In this document: positions 35,400 through 47,069 of the stretch, piece by piece
Layout: each line of letters starts with the position of its first letter
Position numbering within the stretch: the stretch's first letter is position 1
DNA from: Phoronis australis
Taxonomy: Eukaryota; Animalia; Phoronida
Length of the DNA: 47,069 nt
Assembly: GCA_002633005.1 (NCBI GenBank)
Contig: NMRA01000793.1
Coordinates: 96,138-143,206 of the forward strand
Direction of reading: 5' to 3'
The notes under the pieces: model-generated
Seen by the model: the letters and a program-made list of their open reading frames with translations, nothing else
The model's database searches: none
What the model was told of the DNA's origin: nothing
Translations under genes and position numbers: made by a program

Positions 35400-36100
35400 A
35401 ATTAGACACGCACTCTCGTGGTGTTTTCAGAGTAGTAAGATCCGGAAATTCACTGGATGCAACAGGAATTTTGTGAAACCTGGTCATCAGAAACCTTGCA
35501 TTAAGGAGCCAATCCTTACGCTAACGTTTTTTGACCTTTAGTCACCTCAACACTACAATGACTAACCAGTCCTTTCCACATCTTGAGCGATCAAGCCGAA
35601 TGATACAGTTGTTAGGTCAGTCTACTTCAAAGTTTGTGATCGTGTTGTTCAGCTTGGTTTCATTAAAAGAAAGAACGTATAATAGCTTATCCTTTAGGAT
35701 AGTATGTAATTCAGACTATTTACCGTGGAGTTATGGCTGTGTTGTGCCAAACGTAGATGTTTCACGTTATTTGCATTAAAATTACTGAGTTCCTCAAAAT
35801 GTATGCACATCATCCGAGTCTGTTCGAGTCATAGGGCAGAGTATTTGGCAGAGCTGTCAGGTGAAAATAGAGTTTGAGAAAGGGGGTAATTAGCACACAG
35901 GGCACAACCACTACTTATCATTGTCGGCAAGTTGGGTGAATGTCATAGTGTCGAAGTTAGCTCAGTTGGCGTGGGTCCAATTGTCACAGCCATAACAGGA
36001 ATGAGTTCCTTTTGATTAAATTTAGGTCTGTCACATTCAGATCAAGGTGTGTTATTCGAGTTTGACTCACAGTCTGCCATTTTGAATGGTACGAGCTTGT
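35400..36100 (-). mobile_element. Decayed CR1-type LINE fragment: PHD finger followed by APE endonuclease
   Basis: Minus strand reads NQKGTHSCYGCDNWTHAN*...WLCPVC*LPPFSNS (PHD-like), then YVLSFNETKLNNTITNFEVD*PNNCIIRLDRSR (APE ETxL and RxDR motifs). Confidence 0.75.
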
Positions 36101-36264
36101 CCGCGATACTGCAAAAATGTATGATGGATACGCTACAGATTACTCCTATAATGTATGTATGTCCACATAGCTCTGCTGTTCCACAGAGAATTTGCAGCAA
36201 ACGAGAAGCACAAGGAATACAGAAGCAATGCAAAACAGACTCGTTTCTCTCCTAGTAAAATAGA

Positions 36265-36430
36265 ATGGATATAGATATAGATATACAGTTGATGTAAATA
36301 CAGATATAAATTTATATATACATGTAGATATAAATAGAGAGATAGATAGAAAGAGGTAGGTAGTTAGGTAGGTTGGGAGGTACTTGGGGAGGCGGGTAGG
36401 TAGGTAGGTAGGGAGGTAGGTTGGTAGGTA
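36265..36430. repeat. Compound (ATAG/AT)n and (GGTA)n microsatellite
   Basis: gatatagatatagatatac...aggtaggtagttaggtaggttgg... Confidence 0.85.
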
Positions 36431-36799
36431 CAGACACGATTTACAGAAATGAACAGTTGGGATCTATCGTGGGAATGTGATGTGCGCAATTACTAGCGAG
36501 ACTTCGTTCGTGTTTCACGACCGGAATCGTGTGCCTGTAACTGTGAGCGTAATTACGCCTCACTTGCAAAATGTATATCTAGCAGGTATTACTGTATCAT
36601 GATTTTTCAATATTTGAACAGTAGGTGCAGAAAAGAGCTCTATCAGCATCAAAGCACAACTCGATAAGCCTTATCGTACGCTGTCGAGCCCGAACGCTCG
36701 ACGGTATTTTGCACGTTATTAAGTGTTCAGAAGGTAAAAGCTGAGGTTCCAAGTATATACTGTAAGCGCAAAATGTTTTAAATATCGAAGATTGATATA

Positions 36800-38340
36800 T
36801 ATTTACTTGGCGAAATAAATTTCGCCAAGTATGTTGCTCTTCCACTAAGTTTGTTTTTTTACTTGGCGAAATAAATTTCGCCAAGTATGTTGCTCTTCCA
36901 CTAAGTTTTTTTTTTTGGTTGTTCGCACGATACAGGTCGCAATTTTCGTCCGATCATCACGAAATTTACACACAACACGTACTTCCGGAAGTACTGGAAG
37001 CCTATTGTTTTTCGTCAAAATCGGATCCAAGATGGCGGCTGTGGCGGCCATTTTGTTTCCATTTAAAGATTCAAATGCTTCTGGAGGCTACAATTTTTTA
37101 CATATAAGGCTAAGAATCGGCACAGTAAATGGACCGGAAGTTTGCTACAAGTATGCCGGAAATTGTTTACTTCTGGTTAAAGATGGCGGAAGTATCGGCG
37201 ATCGCGCATGCGCACCTCGATTTTGGCTTAAAAACGTTTTCTCCTCTAGAGGGCGCATTATCAGACAAATTCCTTCGAATTTTTACAGGTATTAGTTTCT
37301 TGTAACATGCTATTATACAAACCAAAAAACCGGAAGTTGCATTCAAGATGGCGGATATGGCGCATGTTGACCCATTTTCAGTCGTCTGGAGCGCGATTTT
37401 AAACGGGAAGAGAAAAAGACGTGATTTTTTGCATGTAGATTCTTTGAAGTATAATCTTTCAAATGACCTGAACAATTTTTTTTCTCAGACTTACCGTTTT
37501 CGACTTATTAGACTTTGAATTTCTTAAAAAAAACCCAAAATTTCATTTTTTTCGAAAAATTTACGGAATTAGACGATACCATCAGTTTATATAGAATTTT
37601 GAACGGGCTTTCAGAAGATGTTTTTCATTTTTCGCTAGAACGTCTACTTTTCGAGTTATTTGAGATTTTCTGATAACGCTGTTCCTTTGTTGAGCGCTCT
37701 TGCTGCATTGATGTTGNNNTAAGTTCATCATATGAATGTTGTGATGTTGTTCATCATCGCCACCACCATCATCATATTCGTCATCATCGTCATCATGTTC
37801 TTCATCATCTCCGTCGTTGTCTTTTCCGTTAATTTCGCCAAGTGTCGCACAAGACTGTAGCCTTTTTCATACTGATTTCGGACTTCTACGTTCGTCATGT
37901 GTATGTTATTAATACTTCTTTTTTTCACCATCGTCGTCATATTCGTCATCTTCGTCATCATCTTTATCGTCATCTTTTTGGTTAATTTCGCCAAGGTTCG
38001 CTCCTCGGAGCGCTTTCATTTTTTTTTTTTTGTTCGCACTCTACAGGTCGCAATTTTCGTCCCATTTTCACGAAATTTGCACAGAACATGTAGATTGGGA
38101 TGTACTAGAACGCTATTGTTTTTGGTCATGATCGGATACGAAATGGCGGACGTGGCGGCCATTTTGTATCCGATTTCACAGTCAAATACTCGTAGATCCC
38201 GCATTTTTCGACCTACATGGTTGAAAATCGGTATGAATATACTAGAACGCATGTGCTACAATTGTGCAGAAAATCGTTGACTTCCGGTTAAAGATGGCGG
38301 AAATATTGGACNTTAAGACGGATTGGAGCCTCTGAATTTT
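36800..38340 (+). mobile_element. Second Helentron/HINE-like family with terminal palindrome and internal (TCA/TCG)n
   Basis: Palindrome acttggcgaaat-aa-atttcgccaagt occurs twice (about 36805 and 36861). Two related modules start gttcgcac..tacaggtcgcaattttcgtcc (36921, 38032) and are rich in aagatggcgg. Trinucleotide-rich tract at 37740-37975. Confidence 0.55.
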
Positions 38341-38812
38341 GCTTAAAAGCAAGATGGAAGTTCAAGTTATGCAGGACCCAAGGAGAATGTGCAACTTTAG
38401 CCAACTTGGGAATGCAGTATCTCAGAAATAGCACTTCCTTCCATTCACATTAAATTTTAAGATACTATGCTTTCCACTTTTGCATGAGGGCTATCAAAAT
38501 AGGGCTTACATTATTTTTATGGAAAATTTTAAGTTGCATAGAACGAAATGAAACAATAACAATGTTTTTGAGATTCCAGAACATTATATAATACAAAGTT
38601 TGGTCATGTTATTGATCTCGTTTTATTATGAATGTACCCAGGCTTTTTTTTCCATAAATTTTCTTTAAAAAAAGGTCACGTTACCTAATAAGTGGCAGAT
38701 TGGCACACTCAAAAATCAAATTCTACGAAATTTCTGCGTTCCGAAAAAATATACTTCTGCTGAGTTAAATTTCATAGTTTTGAAGATATTTGGCTACATA
38801 ACCATTAGTGAT

Positions 38813-38929
38813 GATTCGCCTGTTATGTCTGCAGTCTCAACATTTGACAACTAGCGCCACCTGTTTCACACGATTCGCCTGTTATGTCTGCAGTCTCAAG
38901 ATTTGACAACTAGCGCCACCTGTTTCACA
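38813..38929. repeat. Two-copy tandem repeat, period 59 bp
   Basis: gattcgcctgttatgtctgcagtctcaa.atttgacaactagcgccacctgtttcaca at 38813 and 38872. Confidence 0.9.
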
Positions 38930-41108
38930 TGTGTCATCTAACAAACCTAAATAATCAAGGGTTTTGGAGCAAAATAAAAGTGAACCAGATTATTTGATGC
39001 ACTTCCAAGTTGGCTCTTTCACACTTAAAGGGATCATACAAAATAGGAACATTTCTCTGAACACTGGGTGCAAAGTTGATGTAAACAGAGCAATGTTGAC
39101 TTCGGTGAAAACAAATGCAACTAGAGAAATTTTAATTTCATTTTTAAAAACCTTGAAAAATCCTGCAACTTGACAAATCATTGACCTCATTTGTTGTTTT
39201 GTGACAACATTCTACCATGGACACCAGCCAGTTTCAGGCCACTGCACCCTGACCACCCTGAGGTGAGGTCTTGTTTAATTACCAGCACAAGCTGTTATCT
39301 TTGTGGTGCAGTGTGGTGTGGTCTGTGTGTAGTAGTTATGTACCATACTCACAGGCCAACAATGTTACACTAAACACATGTTGGAGTAACTGAGTACAGT
39401 CCAACATCAGCCAACACTACCAGCATGTATTGACAACATTGTGTTTATAAACACAATGTCTCAATGAGCTGGTGTTATGAGTGATAGCATGAAGAAGGGA
39501 TATAGACAAAAAAAAAACAAACAAATTAACAGCCGATGTTTGTTGGACAAAAATAGTCACTCAGAATGTTCAGAAGTCCACACATACATACACGCACGCA
39601 CACACAATATCAATGTGTACAAGAAAATTCTTGAAAGAGGAGAGATCTTGGTTTAGTAGGTGCTTCAGAAATTGGCTCCATCCATGCACTAGTAACAAGC
39701 ATTAGAATAATTTGCTACCTGTCGTAGAAAACAGTAAGCCAGGTATATACTACTCCATAACTCTTGTATCTTCCAATGAACACTTAGGTAACAGCGACTT
39801 CGGTTGTAGTAGAAATATTTCCAACTGACATTTTTATATGATTTGAAGATGGTCCAAAGGGGATCTCTTCCACATAATGTCAGGTACGGGATGCGGCCTC
39901 ACAATCAAAATCATGTACATGTAACAAAAGTGGCACAATACCACACAATGAAAAGCTAAGAGATTGAATACTACACTCATTTAGCCCAGTGGGCTCAGTC
40001 TTTCATAAAACAACATTTAAGAGCAAAAGGTGCCCACTCGACCAAAGGCTTAACAGCTAACAGGTGGCGCTGCCCTCACCAATTAGACAACAGACTAGTC
40101 GTTATCATGAACCATCAACACACTGGGGGGTTTGTTTTTGAAATCTAGACTTTTAAACACTTTGGCGATTATGCCAAACCCTAAATTCAACTAGTAAGTC
40201 ACACATTTTCCTTGGCGCAGTCATCTGTAAAAACATTATGGCCAAGGCATAATTTTTTCAATCAGATCCAAACTTTGTCTCGGACAGTAGACGTGCCAAG
40301 GAATTAATTCTTTCCATCACACATTCAGAGATGTTTGCAAGGTTAGAAGTGCACTTGAATCCTAACACAACAAATGCCACAACACTGACCTTAAGCACCT
40401 ACAAAACACTTGCCGGCTTGAGCAAAAATGCATTACAATCAAAACTAAATTAGCTATAATTATTTCTAATATTCACTATAGCATTGGCTGCAACTGAACA
40501 TTTATAATTAAGAAAGAGTCCACAGCTTTTGTGTTTAGATAGTTTTGTCGCTTTATATACAGTCGTACCATAATTCTCTGAACAAAATATAGTCAAATGA
40601 CACACCCAGGATCACAGTTCAGTGTTCGGGAATATTATAACACAATCCAGTGAGCGGTAAAGCGCCACCTCACTTGTTATTTTGTGCAGCACCACTCGGT
40701 CAAGTGGCAAAATCCTGGGCAAGTGGCGGCCTTTTCTGACTTACAAATTAAGTCAGAAATTTGGTTATATGCTCCACACAAATATTTCTGAAAAATAATA
40801 AAATCTTACTAGAGTGAAAACTATTGCCAAAGGAGAGCAGAAGGAATGATTAAGAACTTGTTAGTTCTAATTTCCACTGTTCTTTATCTGCGTGTTAACG
40901 TGTGTCCGGACAGGCACTTTAACTGGCGCACACTGTGTCACCGTGTGGACACCAAACTGTGGCAAGGCAGAAGCATTTATTAACTCACTGCTTTGTGCGT
41001 CACTTACAAACTTCACACTAAATTCCTTTTTCTCTTCCATTTTCATTACTAACCTACTAATAAAATAACCCAAAACTTCAGGAAAATATTACAAACCATT
41101 GTTTTCTT

Positions 41109-41236
41109 GAATCCCTGTCATTTTGCAGTTGTTTGGCCTGTAATACTAAACATTACTGTAGCAGGACTTTCAGAATCCCTGTCATTTTGCAGTTGTTTGG
41201 CCTGTAATACTAAACATTACTGTAGCAGGACTTTCA
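41109..41236. repeat. Two-copy exact tandem repeat, period 64 bp
   Basis: gaatccctgtcattttgcagttg...gcaggactttca at 41109 and 41173. Confidence 0.9.
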
Positions 41237-41362
41237 CAGAGTGATTTTCACCCTACTTCACTTAATCTTTGACACCACTTGTAGAATTATTGCGTGGTTA
41301 TAGGGCTGACTGGGGGACTCTGGATATAGACCTTCAGATACAACAAACATCATCTCACTCAC

Positions 41363-41460
41363 CTAATGCATATTTAACTCCATATGTTGGAGTGCTGCCT
41401 GAGTCCTTCACATACCCTGTGTTCCTGTAATCTATAACTCTATCCATAGTTATCCTCCAG
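41363..41460 (-). CDS. Candidate exon containing a start codon, unidentified minus-strand gene
   Basis: Acceptor tttgttgtcag, ATG at 41447, MDRVIDYRNTGYVKDSGSTPTYGVKYAL, and a strong AG|gtgagt donor in phase 1. Confidence 0.4.
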
Positions 41461-42329
41461 CTGACAACAAATTACACACCACTTAAACACACTCTGCAAG
41501 TCATCAAAATAACTATACGTACACACCGCCAAAGGACCAACCGCAGTTGAAACGAAATAATGATCTGGAGACCGAAAGACGAAAACTGAGTGGTAACTAT
41601 GCAGATTGACCATCCAGCTAAGCAACACTTGACCACGAGCCCAATAAGTAATGACCACTCCACAAGCAGACCACTTGTGACTGAAGTTACCCTACAGCCT
41701 GTAGAAGGTGTTTATATATAGTTTGTACTAACACAAGGAATTCTGGAACAGAGCCACTCACCACAGGAACTTGTAATAAACTTCAGACATGCTCATAAGA
41801 CTGTCTAAATACATGGAATTCCCAGAATCACTGGATGGAAAGAGAGCCAGGTAGTAGAAATCAGGGTTCCAGTCAAGTGTGCAAAGGGTAGAGCAGAAAA
41901 CAGCTGATAGTGTTGTACAACACTTATAAGGCAATAGGTACAGTCATTCACTCGAGCTATGATAGCACTGTCAGGCCTTTCCGGACTACAAAGAGGAAAT
42001 TAGCACAGGGATGTCCTAAGTTATATTTAGAAACAGTTCCTTAGCAGGCACATTTGTCACTGAATGATTCATGACTGCACAAAGTCCTCCTATGAATCTA
42101 GTTCATAATTGCCGAAGACTCCAACAACAAATTAGGTTACACCAAGTATTTCCTGACATGTCCTCATCTGACTTACTTATTTCATTTCTAGAACATTTAT
42201 GTAGACCACAACTAAGCATTATAATATATAATTGTGCATATCACTGAAACTCTAAAGACCACAGGCTAACAGAACATGTCCAATAAAACCACTACAAAAA
42301 GAACCATCAGACATCAAATACCTACACTT

Positions 42330-43435
42330 ACAGCCGATTTCATAAAGGTGGTTTAAAGTTAAACCCGGTTTAAACTGGACTTAGACCAGGTTTAATGATA
42401 ATCTGCATTTCATAAAAGTGGTTTAACTTTTAGACCAGTGGTCTTGTAAAACCTGGTTTAACTGCAGTTTAGACCTGGTCTAAGTCAGTTTTCATTTCAC
42501 CAACGAGGTCTATATCCTTTACTGGACATAATTCTAGAATAACTATGTTTAACTTTAGACTTGGTCAGACCCAGGTTTAACTGTTAAATATGTCAGATTT
42601 GCATAGTATAGGTACAACTGAACGATGCCGCGGTGTGCAATTGCGACGCAGTTTTAGAGCGAAAATGGACTATTTCCAATATTCAGGTTTACTACGACAC
42701 GAGATCAAACGTAGCAGGGGCGGATCCAGGATTTTTTAAAGGGGAGTGGACGGTCAAGGACTTTTTGAAAGGGGGACCAAGTCAACAATTTGAAAATTAT
42801 AGATTTGATATCATTAAAATCAAGGGGAAAAAGGGGCTCCGGACCCCTTGACCCCCTGGATCCGCCTATGCGTAGACCAGTACGTGCTGGAGTGTGTCCT
42901 GCGGATTCCTCAGAATACGACTGGTCGAGCAGGTCTCATATCGTCGCAAGCCCTACGGATTTGACTTAAGACAGCATCCTCTGATTCTTCTGACTGAGTT
43001 CCACCTCCACTGTTCTCCGATTCAATGTTGCCGGGAAGGGTCTTGCCCCCCCCCCTTTGGCCGCGAAAAATAAACACTAAAATAACACGGAAATAAATTT
43101 GGGTATTTATCATTTTACATCTAATCATCAGCATGTTCTTTAATGTGTGTGTGTTGGGCACACAAATAACATTTTTCCTCATGAGAAAAGCTTTTAGACC
43201 TTTGTCGCTAATGTCTGCACTGATTCTACTGGTGTATGCCATTCTATACCCACGTGATCAAGGTTTCATTGAAACACTTCAATAGTTTCTTTGTTGGGTT
43301 TACCCAGCTCGACACAGTTGGGTGCCTTTGATACTTTAAACCTGGTTCTACTGAACCAGCTCCCTGGTCTAGCAAAACCAGGCTTTCAGACTTTTAAACC
43401 ATGTTGGTGAAATGCAAGTTAGGTCTAAAATTAGA
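42330..43435. mobile_element. Probable PIF/Harbinger-like non-autonomous element; right end lost in the gap
   Basis: Starts gccgatttcataaaggtggtttaaag with reiterated ccagg/cctgg/ttaaac motifs. Related inverted motifs recur at 43335-43435 (tgaaatgca vs tgcatttca). Confidence 0.45.
42715..42870. mobile_element. 156-bp MITE with 5-bp TSD (hAT5-like)
   Basis: TIRs caggggcggatccagg / cctggatccgcctatg. TSD CGTAG at 42710-42714 and 42871-42875. Confidence 0.9.
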
Positions 43436-44655
43436 NNNNNNNNNNNNNNNNNNNNNNNNNNNNNNNNNNNNNNNNNNNNNNNNNNNNNNNNNNNNNNNNN
43501 NNNNNNNNNNNNNNNNNNNNNNNNNNNNNNNNNNNNNNNNNNNNNNNNNNNNNNNNNNNNNNNNNNNNNNNNNNNNNNNNNNNNNNNNNNNNNNNNNNNN
43601 NNNNNNNNNNNNNNNNNNNNNNNNNNNNNNNNNNNNNNNNNNNNNNNNNNNNNNNNNNNNNNNNNNNNNNNNNNNNNNNNNNNNNNNNNNNNNNNNNNNN
43701 NNNNNNNNNNNNNNNNNNNNNNNNNNNNNNNNNNNNNNNNNNNNNNNNNNNNNNNNNNNNNNNNNNNNNNNNNNNNNNNNNNNNNNNNNNNNNNNNNNNN
43801 NNNNNNNNNNNNNNNNNNNNNNNNNNNNNNNNNNNNNNNNNNNNNNNNNNNNNNNNNNNNNNNNNNNNNNNNNNNNNNNNNNNNNNNNNNNNNNNNNNNN
43901 NNNNNNNNNNNNNNNNNNNNNNNNNNNNNNNNNNNNNNNNNNNNNNNNNNNNNNNNNNNNNNNNNNNNNNNNNNNNNNNNNNNNNNNNNNNNNNNNNNNN
44001 NNNNNNNNNNNNNNNNNNNNNNNNNNNNNNNNNNNNNNNNNNNNNNNNNNNNNNNNNNNNNNNNNNNNNNNNNNNNNNNNNNNNNNNNNNNNNNNNNNNN
44101 NNNNNNNNNNNNNNNNNNNNNNNNNNNNNNNNNNNNNNNNNNNNNNNNNNNNNNNNNNNNNNNNNNNNNNNNNNNNNNNNNNNNNNNNNNNNNNNNNNNN
44201 NNNNNNNNNNNNNNNNNNNNNNNNNNNNNNNNNNNNNAACTACAAACTATAAATACACTACATATGCAAACGAATCACGATATATTACTAATAAAACAAA
44301 ATAATGAAGACTTTTCGAGCAAGCCATAGCACATTCAGTTACAAGGAAAAAATGGCGGCGTTCAGGACAAGTTCCTGAACTGATGAGCCGGAAATGTGGG
44401 TACGGAAATAACCGATGGCAACCGGTAATCATACGCTCAGAGAGAAGGGTCAAATACTGTTAAAAAATCGCTTTTGGCAAGAAAGGCGAAAAGAATATAA
44501 AGAAAGGGTGTCGAAAATAAGAATTTATGTAGTAAGTATTTTCGGATACTGGAACCACATGGGCAGTTTGCAAGAAGGACTTTAAATAAAATACAAAATA
44601 GTTGTTAATGGGAGAATATTACATTGAACAAAATTAGTTAGGGACAAGAGACGGG

Positions 44656-44778
44656 AACGACAGTGTAGCCACATTTAGACATGAGGTGACACGTAACGAC
44701 AGTGTAGCCACATTTAGACATGAGGTGATACGTAACGACAGTGTAGCCACATTTAGACATGAGGTGACACGTAACGAC
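44656..44778. repeat. 39-bp minisatellite, 3 copies plus a partial
   Basis: aacgacagtgtagccacatttagacatgaggtgacacgt at 44656, 44695 and 44734. Confidence 0.95.
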
Positions 44779-46592
44779 GATAAGGAACAGGGAAAGAAAG
44801 TGCAGGGTTAACAAAGTACATCAGAAAATACCTCCCTGGGGTGATGCTGGAAAATTAGGATACCCACCTACTTATAAAGTGGACTCGAAAAAATGGAACC
44901 CATTTGGGAGGTGAATTTTTAACCCATACGCCCTAAACAGTACAATGTAGTCAAAAATGAATGCATCACTTGCAACAAAACCTTTTTGCAAAGTTTCATA
45001 CTCCAACAGAGGGCACTTTTGCAGTGAATTTGATTGGAAAAGGCACCTTATAGTAAGGAATTTTATCCAAAGAGGCACCTTATCATCATAAAACTGGTCA
45101 CACGTTTTATTCCTCCTCTAGGGAGTACAGCCCCCCCACCCCCCAACAACAACTGCCTGTAGCTCCTGTCACAGAACACTGGTTCCACAAGCCCATCTTA
45201 AACACCTTAATGAAAGACTAGGGATAAAAGGAAACATTTTTGGACAAAAACATGTAACAAGTAATGAAGACTCCCACATCAGGCAAAATCAAGATATTTG
45301 TATTCATTATCCACAACTCATCACACTAACAGAATCAGAGAGTCATTAACTTTTATAACTATATTTAGATGGAGTTTGCAATCAATTTATTTTGAATTGA
45401 TTTTTAAGTCACAGTCGGCTTAAGGTGGTTCCACGCAGTTTTAATCTGTCATTGATTTTTAATGTACATATTTCATATTTTGGTTTTGCCTACAAATATG
45501 CAAAATGATTTTTAAAAAAGCCACCTCTTATTAAATTAATGTAATTGAAACCCTTTTGAAAACTGATTAGTTTCATTGTACGATGTCATTTTTGTTTTAT
45601 CAGCTATAATGACATTTTTTCGTTCATCGACTTTCTTACGGCAACATAAGAAAACAAGTTTTTTATTCCGAGTGCCTCAAATTTTAGCGTTTTGAATTCT
45701 ACACAAAAAGTTACACCATTTAATTATTTGCTTTCGTGTTTTGTTTTGATGTCCATCGTGTTTTCTACCAAGTAAAAAAGTTAGTGGGATAATGACTTTG
45801 TTTTTGAGCTATTTCAGCTCAGTCGTTGTCACGTGACATCACATGAGAATGAGCAGTTTGATCGTCTCAAAAGTTTGATTGTCTCAAAAGCAGCTCAGTT
45901 TGAGATGATGATCACGGACTCCAACTAGATGGTGATAATTATCGTGTTGTTGGGATTGTGAAACAAACTTAAGTTGATGTGAACAATCTGAGACGAGAAG
46001 TTTCTTCTTCAATAAAATCAAAATTGCCCTTTGAACTAAGCTACACCTAATGCCTACAAGTGGGTTTGTCTATTGTTTAGTATGACATCATTGGGAAATT
46101 TGATGTCACACGCTATTTGTAAATGCTATAAAAAAGTGCGAAGCAAAAATCAGCAGTTTTTGGAAAATTTACCAATCTATTATGTTCAACAGTTTTATAA
46201 GTTAGTCACTGTTGTAAACAATGACTGCTTTATGTGGCTTTCAGAGAACTGTAGGGGTTGGTTGATGGGGGCTGGGGCACAACAAGGCCCAGACTATCCT
46301 GTTAATTGCAAAAGAAATCCTCTTCCAGGTCATTTTAATTTTGTATTTGGCTTCCCTGTTCATGGTGAAGTGGTCCCCAGGTTGGCTATGCAATGTATAT
46401 TTGGTGCTTCAGTTCTCGGGTTATTCCCTGTTACTGATACAGTATTCACTGAGGACTATATCTTATCACATCTATAACTGATTCTCCATTATTTAACTCC
46501 ATGCCATAACTGACGACACTTATTTGTAGCTCCTTCGACAAAACGGATACATCAGACAACAGTGTTAGACGTGATCCATTGTACAGTGTCAC

Positions 46593-47069
46593 CAGGCCTT
46601 TATCCAGGATTTTGAAAACAGGGTGTTCAAAATGGGGTTCCCAATATTCCAGGGTGTCCATGATTCCAATGCGTAACCCCCCACCTCTACCCCCCACCCC
46701 CAGCAATACCCCCAAACACACAATTTTTTTTACAAAAAATGCATAGATCAAGGTTTCTACATCTAAGTTTATAAAACAGCCTTCCATGGTGAGCATTTTT
46801 ACTAAAAAAACTATAGACCAAGACTTTTACAATGCTGTCAATCAAGTGTCAAATATGCATTGTATATTTCTTCCTGCTTTGAAAAAAGAGCCCCCACTGT
46901 GAGCCTTCAGAGGCTTCCTAGTATTCACTACAATGTGTGAGTCTAAACTTGAAAGGTTCCTATTGACACTGGGCGTCCAAATGATACATTGTGCGTCCTT
47001 GTCAGGGCGTCCAGATTAATGCTAGGGTTTCCATTTGGACGCCCAGGAAGTACGCTGCATAAAGGCCTG
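46593..47069. mobile_element. hAT-like MITE ending at the window edge
   Basis: TIRs caggcctttatccag / ctgcataaaggcctg (14 of 15 match). The TSD cannot be checked on the right. Confidence 0.75.

Noticed and set aside
37728-38280. Met/Thr-rich and hydrophobic TM-like ORFs
   Set aside because: They arise from a (TCA/TCG)n low-complexity tract within a repeat.
44656-44778. 39-bp repeats as a CRISPR array
   Set aside because: The units are contiguous with no unique spacers and no cas genes; the context is eukaryotic.
46073-46796. 134-aa and 116-aa ORFs near the window end (also 12193-12519)
   Set aside because: No recognisable motif or splice support, and the 116-aa ORF starts inside a MITE.

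Overview
Repeat-rich, AT-rich animal genomic DNA with several N gaps, probably from a marine invertebrate (inferred from its transposon repertoire). There is no long intact ORF and nothing prokaryotic. Host-gene material is limited to isolated exons: a terminal antistasin-type exon (830-984), two paralogous type-II signal-anchor first exons (12639, 34563), a possible minus-strand exon (41363-41460), and decayed exon-like pieces (GDS motif twice, possible Ig/FN3). The rest is layered mobile DNA: a CR1/L2-type LINE split by an Academ transposon, a second CR1-type PHD+APE fragment, Helitron/Helentron-like arrays with hairpin+CTAG ends, a THAP-bearing element inside one array, and many MITEs, three with clean 5-bp TSDs. 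The most notable item is a decayed RAG1-related (Chapaev/N-RAG-TP-like) transposase at about 20.7-24.0 kb. It keeps the RAG1-like N-terminal zinc domain, a ZnA-like finger and an ordered RAG1/Transib-type catalytic motif series, and is disrupted by stops, frameshifts and nested insertions. I found no RAG2-like gene and no RSS pair. All family assignments come from motif recognition by eye, not from database searches.
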